A DNA stretch of 64,000 bases from Raillietiella orientalis (taxonomy: Eukaryota), in contig JAYWIR010000004.1 in NCBI GenBank assembly GCA_036172245.1, positions 1,240,001 to 1,304,000 of the forward strand, written 5' to 3'. This document shows, in pieces, positions 50,444 through 62,679 of the stretch. The notes beneath the pieces are model-generated. The model saw only the letters and a list, made by a program, of their open reading frames with translations, did no database searches and was not told the origin of the DNA. The translations under genes and the position numbers were made by a program. The stretch's first letter is position 1. The number at the start of each line of letters is the position of its first letter.

Positions 50444-53400
50444 TTAGCATCCATAATACATTGTCCGAGGCACAAAGCTGATGACTGCTTCGAATATTGA
50501 TTCGGAGTACCCCGCCTTTTGCAACATCACCACCATTTGTTCATCTCGAGAAACAAGCTCGCTTCCTACGGGCAGCTCGTCAGGGGTGCAGAATCTGCGC
50601 AACGAAAGGATCAGACAGATTGGGAGAGCTTGCGGCAGAGCCGATCTACTCACGCAGTTCCATTGTAAGGGTCATTGTGCCTCACAAAAATGGCCTCGTA
50701 ATTGCAATCTTTACTTTCCAGATCGACCCTTGTGAAGATGAGTTTGACGCTTCTGTTTTTGGGCGCAGTTATTACCCAAACGCAACTTCCGGTTTCCGTC
50801 CACTCAGGGGAAACTATGGTTCCCTCTTGAGTGACGTTGCCACCACAAATCTGTACAGCGACCCCTATGGACACAACAGATGTGGATCAATTCTTCTCGC
50901 TACCCGTCTCAATCCATGGCATTTGGTTGTCACCATACTGACGGAAGGGTTGGACTTAGGTGGTTCTTGTAGATTGATGAAACTTTAAAGCAAACGAGAA
51001 TGCCGCAAGAGGACCTAGCAAACGGAAAAAGCTGGGGGTAGCTCGATCCGATAAGAACGATCAAGAATCGAAACCCAAATTCTAGCTGGAAGCTGGAAAT
51101 TCGTTCCTGCTAATTCGGTGAGGCGATCTGGCAGAAGGATGCAGCAAAGTATCGCTCAGTGGAAATTCTGACTATCTGATAGGAATTTTCTTGGCTGCAC
51201 CTACGGTTAAGCTCTGGTGGCCATCAGACGGAAGTCGATCGATTCATGCTCGTAGGCACTCGACTGTTTCGAGAGCCCTTCTGGGATGTCCGCTAAATGG
51301 GCGCACAAGCAGCCCGTCTCCTGCTTCCGGAAGTTAATTCCTGTTTCGCTTATCACTTTCAGAATTGTGAAGCGACCCACTTGAGGATGAAACGCGCCGG
51401 GAGGAAAGTACTTTGCAGATTGCGGGAACAATGCTAGTCTGCCAAGAAGCACCGCAATGCTCGCTCATGCAAGGCTCCAGGGAAGTGCGGGTTTCGATCG
51501 GCATCCCTCAGCAGGAATTGCTGGTCATCCTGACAACAAATGCGTAGGCAGAGAGGACACATGCAACCAGAGCAATCCGTTCCGTTATACCGAACCGAAT
51601 GCGCTCGCCATGGTGGAAGATCCAGGGAAGCGCAGGGATGACTTCCTGACCTCAGAAGAAACAGGTCATTCCGTCGGAAGGAGCGTTCGCGCGCACCCAG
51701 GAGGTTGTGAGAATCGCGCGTGCTGCAACCAGCGGCAGCGTTCCTTTGATAGAAGCGCTCGAGCTGGGACATTGGGATCGCTGACGCTGACGCGTAGTTC
51801 GACACGCTCGTGGGCGTGCCCAACTGGGGGTGGTGGGATGGCATTGCCTAAGGACCCGCTGATTTCCTGAGCAACCGCTGGCAGAGCTTCTGCTCGTTTG
51901 GAGTAGCAGATTCGCGCTTCACACAGACACTACTGCGAGGAAAAGGCGATCCCGGACTGAAGGGGAACGAAGTATTTCTTGTTCTCGTTGGGGTCTGCCT
52001 CTCTCGAAACCTTCGAAGGCAAGCTTGAGGTGCTTCACGAAGACGGAGAGCGTCCGTCAGTGCCCAGGGAGGAAGAAAAACAAGAGGCCCTGCAGATGTC
52101 ATCTGGATGACGTCCACGTATTCGCACCGAGTTCTCTGCCTCTTCGGATGAACTGCTTGAGAATCCTTGGATCGCATCATCGACAAGTGATCGTAGAGCG
52201 CGCCACGTGAGAGCGCCAAGAGGATTGCAAAATGCGCGAGGTCTGAACGTCGGACTCCGGTGCCAACACCGAATGACGAGGAGGAAGAAGAAAACCAGGG
52301 CCGCACAACTCCCCAATGCTTACCGATGGGCTGAATGGGTTCCTTGCATGCGCTCCCTCCAAATGTGGGTTTACAGGTGCACTGACAGTACTGATTGATG
52401 AAACCGTCGTTGAAGCAAGGGTTGGAGGTCAAGTTGCATGCGCTCATCCAGTCTCCTGAAAAACATCCCGTGTTGCAGTGGGAAAGCCCCGACAACCTAT
52501 TCAGCACGCGCTTTCTGTCAATTCTGGAGACTTTTTCAAGGTGACAGGTGACCGGAGAGCAGCTGGACACACTGCCATGAGAGCGAAAGAAAGCGCTTGT
52601 CGATGCAAAACGCCAGTGCGGAACGCCCGCAAAGGTCTTTCTGGATAAATGCGACACGCGGCTGTTCTTTCGTTCCAACCGGAGAGCGCACTCTTAGTCA
52701 AGGGATGCGTGGGGACGGAAGCTTCGGATGCGGCGATCCGAGTGCAGGTGACACACGGTTGCTGAGGGCGGATGTCTTATCGTCACTGAGACGCTTCCTG
52801 GTGCTGCTGAAGCAGCGTCCATCGTTTGTGCGTGACGCATAAGCGGAGACATCTTCCGACATTTCGCAAATTCATGGAACTCAAACAGGGATGTGTTTGG
52901 TGAGCAGTACGCTATGTGGAGGGAGAGAAGATGCTCCTCAGGTGTCACCTTCCACCTACGTGTAAATTTGCAGCGGACAAAGATAAAGTATAACTCGACT
53001 CTCTGTTGCAGAACCGAAGATGAGATCTTGCACAGATGGGGACCTTTGTAGTCTCGCGTTACGAAGTTGGGTGTCCGCGGAGGAGTGGGGTTAATAGCAT
53101 AGATCTGACTGAAAGTTGCCAGACGAAAGACGCATGGCTAGAGGCGAGAAACAAACTCTGGTTCACCGAGTTCCCTTCCGTGTGATTCAATCTGAGGAGT
53201 TCCTGTTGTTCTCTTTTCGTGCAGGCGGATTGTTGAAAGAGAAGAGCACTTTGCTTTCGTGGGTCCTGGCCCTTGTGGAATGATCGAAAGGATGCGCTTT
53301 TTCCAAGCAAATTGGAGCACTCGCCTTGCTGCATCGATGTGTTTCTCATAACAACTGTACGGCTTTGAATCTTCCTCATTGGTGACGTGGATCCCTTCTA

Positions 53401-56400
53401 CCGCCGCGTCCAAGATCCGTGCGAGGTTCGCATCGAAGCAGAGTTGGTTGAAATTTGTTTGGCACAGCAATAACAGAGCAAAGATGAGGGAGGAGATGAA
53501 GGAGAGCAAGGTCGATGAGAAAGTGCTTGCTTCCGGCTCCCATCGCAAGGAGTGAAATGGCAGGCTGGTTCGCTTTGCACGAGAGGCTGAACATTTGGAA
53601 AACATCCATCGAACTGCACTGGTAAAGTTCGCTGTAGGAGTCCACCACCGTGTCGTGAATGTCGGCTGATCTTTGGGCAGACAACCTTGCCGGTTCCAAG
53701 CTTCAAGCCATGTCGTTCCGACTGCACTGGAAGCTGAACGCTGCCTCTGTTTCATTATCTTCCCTAGTACGAAAAGCGGGTTCGTTCCCCTAGCGAATAG
53801 GCCACTTTCTCCGTGCAGCATGGTCTTCAAGTAGTTTCTCGTTAAGCGGTTCCACCGATGATCCAGAATCGCTCCTTGTGCGACGACTTTACTGAGGGAT
53901 CATCGTATGCAAGAAGTACACTCGAATCCAGTACTACTGCACGCTTGGTTTTCACTCGTAGTCAAGAGTCACGTTGCGGATCTCGCATGCGAGGTCTGCC
54001 GCATCGCCGCATCTTAGGGATAGTGCGCAAATGGCGGGACTTTGCTGTCGCAACCGAGACGAGACAGCGTGGAAGACTCAAGGGCGTCCTGCATACAGAA
54101 AGGAGAGCAACTCACTGATGCATCCGTATTTCTTGTTTATAACGAGGGCATCGTTGAAGGTCAATCCTTGAGTGTTCGCACCAACGAAATTTTGCATATT
54201 CACATTTAGACTTGCTATGGTGGGTCTTCCGTTGATGCTACCTGCCTGAAAAACGTCGAGAGCGGAGATGTCGCCATTCCTCACCGGTTGTTCCAAACAC
54301 CAGCCGTGGTAATAAGCAATGCAAAACTTACATGCCAGGAGTAGTGCATGATGCTGTAGTAGTCGTAGGGGACGCCCTCCGTGTCACAGTCTTCAATCTC
54401 AAAATTGACAGCCACCGAAATGTTCACGTTTTGGTTCCAAATTTCCACGTATTTGTCTCTGTCTGGCCTCGAGTGCTCGTGGTGAGATCCAATGGCATGA
54501 GCGAAGTCGTGCTCTGGAACGCTATACTAAAAGAAAATTGGAGATGGATCCATGTGACCCTCGCGATTCGGTCATCCGTCTCTACTAGTTAAAGACGGTC
54601 TACACGCAAGGCGCTTTGCAGAAGTGAGAAAGAATCTCAGTGCACCACCTTCAACACATGCATCAAGAACAATACCAAGATCACCGAGAAAGGGAAAAAA
54701 GGGAGCTGACATTAAGAAACATCAAAGTTGCCAGCGCCTGGGCTGGCTATCTGAGGACAAGATCACAAGGCGATACCAGAGCACTGCGTCGCCAAGTGGA
54801 TCAATCGTGAGTAACCCTTACGAATAGCCATCAGCAATGGTTGGGGAAGCAGCGGACACGAGATAGAAAAAGTACAGAGGATGGAATTCGCTCCTTGCCG
54901 ACAATAGGGTGATCGCTACGCAAGAGCGATCGTACTCGGATTCGTGGGTCCTGTGGTCTGAAGATGGTGGAGTGCTAAGACAGTGGAAGCAAGGAGGAGG
55001 AGCAGAAATCCAGAAAAGCAATGTCTCACTGGTGGACACAAATTTTCCGTTCAAAGCATTAGATGGGTCACTGCGGTCAATTTAGGAATCTCGAAATTAG
55101 AGAATGAGCTGAAGACAAGAAATCAGAGAGGTAGGTGATGCAATGTCGCCTTCATTTTGTGAGTGCACAGTTTTTAAATATCGAAACTACCAAATTTTTG
55201 TATAGAATGCGCTTACCCGTTGGCAACCATTTCGTAGGGATAATCTTTGGAAATTTGACTTTGACTGCCGCTTTCCGACAAGGGACCAGCAGCCATCGCA
55301 GCTTCCAATCAGTATCTTGTGACGAGGATCGTCTTCAGGTACTTGGAAGAATCGGACACAGGTCCAGCGATCAAAGTTTTCAACTGCTAGGTTCAACGAA
55401 CAGCTGATATCTTCATGAACTATGGTTAAAATCACGTTGCAGAGTGAATAACACTGTTTGCTCGGGCAGATAGGAGATCAAAGGTTCGCGCTCCAGACTG
55501 CGCCTCTCCTTGACTACGAGGAAGCAAGCAGAACCAAGAAATGACTGAGATGAGAAGGCCCTTTCACCGTTAAATCGCGTCGAAGCGTACAGTCGTATAG
55601 CACCAGATGTGGAAATCTCTCACTAATAAATCTGTAAGGTTCGATGGAGCCGGTCGCGTCGGCCTGCTGACTCTCTGCTGGTCCGACTCGATCGACCTGG
55701 TCGTCACCAACCTGTACGACCCTAGCGGCACCACCACGTCGAGGATGTTAAGGGAATTCTTCCTTGCCCTGAGACCAGCTGCTAACCGAAGCAGGCGTTT
55801 GTAAAGCGCACCTGATCGCAGGTGATTTCAGCCTGCGCCTGCTGTCAGGTGCGCCGGACACACTTAGGGACCGCATCAAGAGGTTGTGCGCAGATATGCA
55901 CACGTGCAAGTTGTTGGCCGGAGATTCCACAGTATCGTTGGTCCACAGTATCGATCATGTGTTTCTTGACCGGCACCTATGCTAGCGCGTTGGCATGCGC
56001 AGCAAGTTACCGTCCGAGCTGTTGGACCATGGCCGGACCGTACTCGAAGTGCATCCGCGCGACACGGGCCCACCCTCATTAGCGTGGTGTCTCTCAGGGG
56101 ACTGGCTGAAACTCCCGGACGCTGCGGAACATCTCCATAGGTTCATACGGAGCTTCAGGATGCGGACGTTTCAGGACTGAGACCGCTCCAAGCGGTTGGT
56201 TCGAGAGTTCTGCGACTAGTTCCATCTGCACCGCCTACCTGAGGGGTTTGGGGAGGGGGCGCGTAACGAACGGTGCTACCTTGAGGCCCGACGTTACTCA
56301 AGGATCCCCGATCCGCAGGTTAGCAGAGCACCGAGCGGGAGCCGAGAGGCAAGTCTGGCAATCCGGGTCGGCCAGCTTGCTGGACGACCAGGGCCGGAAG

Positions 56401-59400
56401 CACTCGGCTCCCGCACAGGTAAAAGGGATGGTTAGGAAGTTCTATTCCTACCTGAGTCTCCGGAGAGGGATCTCGCGCGACTCCTGCTTCCGGAAGGTGC
56501 TCCAGCGATCTGGGAGGAGGAGAGAAGAAGCCTCGAGGAGCCTTTTACGACGGGCGAGATCATCTCGGCCATCGGAAAGCTCAAGAGGCGCAAGATTCCG
56601 GGGGAGGACGGCCTGCCCGCGGAGTTATATCAAACTTTCGCGGCTGAGCCTAACTCCCTGTTACATCAACTCACCTTGCTGATCCGCGAAACAGGTGACG
56701 TTCCCGCCTCGTTTCGCTCAGCAAAGGTGCGGCTCCTCCCTATGGGAGGAGATCTGAGGAGCATGAACAACTGGCGTCTGATAACAATTGTGAACACGGA
56801 CGCCAAGTTGCTGGCTGGACTGTGGGCTGCGCGGCTGGGACAGGTAGCGGACAGCTTCATCAGCCCGGAACAGACTTACGCTGTTCCCGGGCGAAGCATG
56901 GAAGCGAACCTGTTCCTCACCAGCACATGGTTCCATGTGCAAAGGGAAGAAAGTAAGAAAAAACGAATTGTCGGCAACCCTGGTTTGGGAGCGTCAGCGG
57001 GGCAGGGGAGGGACGACCGGGTAGGGAAGGGGGCTCTAGCGATCACAGTCGCTCTGCATAAAGCGTTCGATTGCTTGGACTAGGAACTCCTTCTGGAGTT
57101 CCTGGATCGCATGGGTTTCCTGGCTTACCTTAACGGCCTACCTGCGCTCTTGCTGGCGCAATGCGATAATCACCGTTTCTTTCAGAGGACAAAACGTGTT
57201 CAGCATGCTGGTAAGGCGCGGCATCCGGCAGGGCGACAGCCTGAGTCCCTTGTTCTTTAGCACCTATTTCTAACTTATGCTGAGAGCATACAGGATGACA
57301 TTGGCTGCCTGCCGAGCTCGTGCCTTGGTAGGCCGGCCGTGTCGGCGTATACTGACTATCTTCTGCTTCTGCTGCCCATGTCCGCCCCGGCTTCAGCAGT
57401 CGAGAATTTCTTCGAATTGCTGAACCGGGACAGGACTACGGATGAACAGGTCGAATTCGTCGCTGGTAGCAAGGCGACGGGAGGACCTAACGACAGGGAT
57501 GCTTGCGAATACGCCGCCCGCTTCCTGAGGATGGCGACGCGATGGCCCCATCTGGAACCCAATATCCAGCAGGAGCTTGCTAGCATACTCCAGAGGATGA
57601 CGGGCCCTCCCAGCAGACTGTAATCCCTTCCCGTTCTCTCGCCGGTTTTGTTTATTTTTTTGTTTTTTTTGTGTTTTTTGACCCATCCTCTCTGCTGCCG
57701 AGGTGCACCGTACCGGACTGTGTACCGGTTAATCGGCAGGCTGCCAGCATCTAGGGCAGAATTTATATAAGTTTTGTTGGCAAGAATAAATGCTCCGGCG
57801 CACCCGGGTGTAAAGGGAATCTCTCACCAAACTCAAGTGACGGGATGCAAGCTACTGAATCTGCAAGGCAGCACGACGCAAGAGAGGAAGAAGGGGAAGA
57901 GCAAAACTAGGTGCACGAAAGGTACATACCCGAGTGATGAAGTGCAAAGGGAACCTCTACCCACAATCCAGTCTTCGGCCAAAGATTCGTTTTCGATAAG
58001 CAGGCCCTCTCCATCAAGGACCACTGCTGCTCTTCTGTGAGCACAATGTCTCCCTCGTGAAGAACATCTCCGAAAGCAGTGTGCGGTGGATTCTTTCCAA
58101 TTCCCTGAAACGGAAACGGGCGCTTTGAGAGTGCGTCGGGACGAAAGCTGAAGATCTTGGACACGGAGACGGTCGCAGTAGGATGTCGTCGAGTGCATCG
58201 CACCATCCTTCGGCTTCGGTCCGCTCACAGATTCGGAGCTCAGCATCGGGTGCGGGGAAATCGAGGGGTTACGGAAAAGGCGCGTCCCACGAGACAGATT
58301 GGATTGCGTCCCTAGCAAGTACCGGCGAGGTGCACGCACGGAGGTTCGCATGCGTGGCACGTGCAACTTTATCACACGTGAGTACGGGTCTTGGCAGACG
58401 AGTTGCCTTGGAGGAAACGGGACGAGGATTCCGCACGGAGATTTCTCAGTCCGTCGGGCACTTGGGACGGCGCGGCCATCCACAAGTCGTTGCTCCTCGC
58501 GGTGCAGATCCGAGGTCAGCGCCCCACGTCTTTAGCGCGAGGACTCGCAATGTCCACGCACGCGTGAGCTGCGCAATGGCTTCTGGGAAGGAAAAGGACT
58601 GATCGGTGAACCGGTTGCGATGCTCGGGGATGAGCGCTGCAGCGAGGAAGTCGCCGATCTCACGAAGACGGAGGAAGCGGACGCGCGGCACCGGATGCAG
58701 GAAGCTCTTCGTTGCTGCTTTTCATTGCCGCTGGTGCCATCGGACGAGAAAAGTTCGTGGTTTGGGGTGCGCGGGGGGAGAGGGGAGCACGAGCGGAAAG
58801 CGGCTGAGGCTGCTCGCAAGAGGTCTCGCGCAGGGTCCACAGCGGTCGGGGACAGCGTATGGACTAGCGATCCGCGGAAAGGGGACCCTCCAGGTGCTGG
58901 TGCGCCCGTTTCCATGGGCCTGGTTGGCTCTGGAGGAAGACGAGGGACATGCTGAGGCGTTGCTGGGCGGTCTCTGAGGCACGCGACCGTCGTTCCCCTA
59001 CCGGAAAGGAAGGCCAGTAGGAGCGTCGCCTCCGTTCGCGTCGGGAACTCGTCGGCCTTGCGAACGGCCACGAGAGGGCGAGGACGTCCTAGTGGGGTGC
59101 GGGGAAACGGGGCCCGGGGAAAATTTTTTTCATACAAAATATTGAGGAGCTTCCTCTTGGAGGTGAAACGTGCTGAGGAGGTCGCGCAGCCGTGCTCACC
59201 TCGAAACGGCTTTTCCATCCCTCCGTTGTTCTCCGGGGAAGAGCTGCCCCATGAATCTGCTGGGAGGGCAGTAGGGCGGTGATCTGCAAGACAAAAAGAT
59301 TCCCCTGCCGCAGCACCATCGCTCTTCTGTCTGTGAGGAACTGCGACCTGTGCACGCAAAGCGGGACCCTCCGCCACCCCTGGGGGCCAGGAAGGAGCAC

Positions 59401-59431
59401 TCACCATCCAGAAACCGTGCAATAGCCCCAT
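50444..59431 (-). CDS. Astacin-EGF-CUB, copy 3; open frame but catalytic Glu->Asp (HDFAH)
   Basis: Exons 59431-59405, 59283-59200, 58104-57930, 55419-55217, 54526-54332, 54245-54116, 52455-52324, 50864-50654, 50594-50444; GT-AG retained. Motif reads HDFAHAIGSHHEHSRPDRD (codon GAC at 54506-54508). LINE in intron 3; intron 5 reduced to 86 bp. Confidence 0.88.
55627..57814 (+). mobile_element. L1/Tx1-like LINE in intron 3 of astacin copy 3, with 16-bp TSD, internally deleted
   Basis: TSD GGAAATCTCTCACTAA (55611-55626) / GGGAATCTCTCACCAA (57815-57830); single empty site in copies 1 and 2. APE motifs TNLYDP, LIAGDF, SIDHVFL; RT motifs PGEDGLPAE, NNWRLITIVNTDAKLLA, KAFD, GIRQG. Confidence 0.92.
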
Positions 59432-62400
59432 CGTTCCTTCTCGCTGGCGCAGAAGGCAGTACGGTCTTGCTTGAAGCCTTGCGCTTTTTCAACGCGTGTT
59501 GCACACCTGACCCGCGGAGCGGATCCCAAAGTCAATTACGTGCTCTGAGGGCACTCATGAATTTCTGTGTCGTTAGCAGCCTCGTGTGTTAGACTCGCAC
59601 TCGGAATTGAATGGGTAATGAGCAGCCGCAGCACCGTCGCAGATCGTCTCAAGAGTTCTCTGCAAGGCTCGGGGAGGTTTGCGTGCGACCGGAAGAGCGT
59701 GTCCGTGCGGGCGCTGTCGCCCTACTCGTATGCGGAGGGCAGCCGGCGCTTTTTCCGTTTCGGACGAGAACGTGGACGCGCAAGGCTGCCACAGGGATCC
59801 ACAGGAGTCTTTGGGAGGACCGCGGAAGGTCGGGATCTCGTGGTGTCAACCTGCAATGTTTTCCGATGATGCCGTTTGCAGTGCTCCTCGGAAAGGTATT
59901 TCGAAGCAACGCCGGGTTCCCTTGGCAGTTCTCATCACGGTTTGAGTCCGTGACCAACCTGCATTGACGTCAAAAGTCTTGCGCTTTGGTGTCCTTGACG
60001 TCAGCAGGAAGGATCATTTGCATGTTGTTGGTAAGCCCGCTCTTCGGCGGCTGATTGCGATCAGGGAGACGTGCGCTACAAGTCTTGTCGACTGCTGCTC
60101 GCGTACGCGGTGAGCGGCTGCTCCCAGGGGCAACCAAGGAAGGGCCACCAGTTGTCTCCGGAGTAGCTGCCCAGCCTCCGGGGCGTGTGCTGCGCGTGAA
60201 TCGCTGCTCTGCTTCCCCGTAGCCGACCTCCTGTGCTGAGTCTGCCTCGCTGTTGCACGCACTGCAGTCCCGCGTGTCTTGTACTCAGAGTGCGCGCGAC
60301 TGGCAGCTCTCGGAGGAGAGAGCGCGCCTTCCTCGCACCTCGGTTGCCAAGGAGGACAACAGACGCCAGTCGGTGCTTCGAGGCAGGTAGCGCTAGGCGC
60401 GGTGGACGCGGCCGTGGAGGTGGCCGCGATGGCAGTGCTACGGAGGGAGTTGCGAAGCGGCTCCATCTTTCCCCAGAGGCGGAGACCCTGCTCGACCTTG
60501 TGTGGCTGTAGGACGCAGCCGGTCGCATGCCCGTTTGGCGGAATCGCGCACCCCTGATTCCCTGGCCGGTGGACTGGTCTCCGCTCCCACCCGCGCAGGA
60601 TCCCTGGCTCCTCTTGTGGCGACCGCTGCCTCTGCGCAGACGGTCGTCTCGTAGCAGGCGGATGCGGTCGCGTCACGGAGCTCGTGGCTGTGTGCGTGCG
60701 CGTGACGCAGTCGCTTTCTCAGGAGCCCGTGCTGGACGCTAGAGCGTGGTCCACCGAACGGAGGACGCGACCCCGGGCAGGTGCACCGAGTTTCCCTCGA
60801 ACCCACGGTGGCTTCTTTTTTACCGAGGCCAGTGCTTCCGGAATGGAGGTCGCCGTGCACATCGATGTATGCGCTGCCCGGGCGGCTACGGTCGTCTCTG
60901 CAGCTTCCCCCCTCCCTTACACTTCGCGCGTCCTTTTCGCTCGCGCTAAGAGAGAGCGGGGATTTTCGGGGACTCGTGACGCTTAGGGTGCAGAGCAGCG
61001 ATTCAGCCGAGCGGATTTGGGGCGCTGCTTGCTCGAAGGGGCTGCGATGTCTCAAGCGCTCCAGCGAGCAAGGCGCCCCATGCATCCGGGAGAGATGTCT
61101 GCTCGCCCTCGCGCATGAGAGTATCTCGCGTTTTTACAGAAACGTAAGTACGCTCTGGGAAATCCGTGAGTACCGATTGCACGTTCTCGTTCCCCAACTT
61201 GTGCTTTCTTCGTGCGTACCTCCTTGCTTCTGCGAAGCTTCTGCTTGGGTAGAGTCTTTCTCTCTTGCGGTGCACATCTGCTCTCACCCGAGTAAGTATG
61301 GTGACAAACTGCGTGGTTTGAAGGGTCACAAGGGCAACGTTCCTGGAAGGTCATGAGAACTGAGATCCTACTTTTGTGGTCATGGGGATCCTGCGAGACA
61401 AGGGGCACCTTGATGTGACGGGGAGAGAGTTTGAGTGAAGCGTTCCCTCTTGGGTTGCGTGGTGGTCGAGGGTGCGCGTCACCTTACATAGGGAAGCCTG
61501 CCCCCCATCCATGCTCCTGTCGGTCCTGCCTCCCTCCTCTCTACATAGTAAGATGGGTCGGAAAAGCTTGTTCCTCGGCATCCTTTGGGAATTCAAATCC
61601 GTGAACGCGCAGAGGAACCCTGGACGCCGCGGTGGTGGAGGCGGATCATGGCCATCATCCCCGGAAGGGCAAACCTTGCATTAAGTGCATCCCCTCTTCG
61701 ACCTTCTTTCTGCGTTCCGTGCTCCGTTGCTGATTCGCTTTGTCTGCCTCCTCGGAGTCTCCCGACCACGTGTGCTGCGCGGGCCTTCCGGAATCAGCAA
61801 TGGTCCTGCCTTTCTGGAGATCACGCCTAAGCTCGGCTGTGTCGCCGCCATCATCCGAGCTGAGCCAGACATGCACCTTCGTAGCTACGGAGAAGACGAT
61901 TTGCTGACTCCAACTGCTTCACTGGTAGTGCGATTCCTGTAGCCAGCGAACGCTTCTTGCAGAAGAGCCCTGATCGGATGCTGCCGCCATGGAGCTCGTC
62001 CTCCGCATCAGAACTCCGCGATCTCTCAGGAGCACCCCTTTGCGACTACTGTCGGGATCTGTGCTCATCGAGGCTCCAACAGAGCTCACACCCGATCCCC
62101 TGTGAACGCACCGTCGCCAGCCTCCTTCGGCGGTATACCGTGGCCTGAGGAACCTGCCATCCTCGGACGGAGGAACGTCCAAGGGCGGGAAAGAGTCTGT
62201 TCCGGGAGTTGGGTGCAGGTTGGGTTCCCCGTCTTCAGAGCCGATTGCCCTGTAAGGCGGGTAGTTCCGAGCTCCTTTGCGGACTTCCTATGCGCCGTTG
62301 CCAACGCCCTGCGGTCTATAGAAACCGGAATTTTTCAAGGGATCCGATGAACACCGCAAGGTTCTTTCAGTTCATAGAGCTTATCGGAATGGATCCACTA

Positions 62401-62679
62401 GGGACATGCTCGAGGATTATGATGGTACGGACTTCGGAAGTTATCATTCGGAAGACTTCAGGATCTTAATCATTTGCAGTTTGAGAGTAGCTCGAGGTTA
62501 TTTCGATCCCAAGGCATCCTTAATCGTTCGCCTTACAGGAGCATACTGCGTCCTGTTCGATGTGCGCCAGTTACCTTGAGGGAAAATTCGAAGGGAACCA
62601 TCTGCCGCGGGCTTCTATTCGTCCTTCTACCGTGCACTCAGCTCTTTTCCTCTTTTCTTAGCCAGCAGTTTATTCTAGT

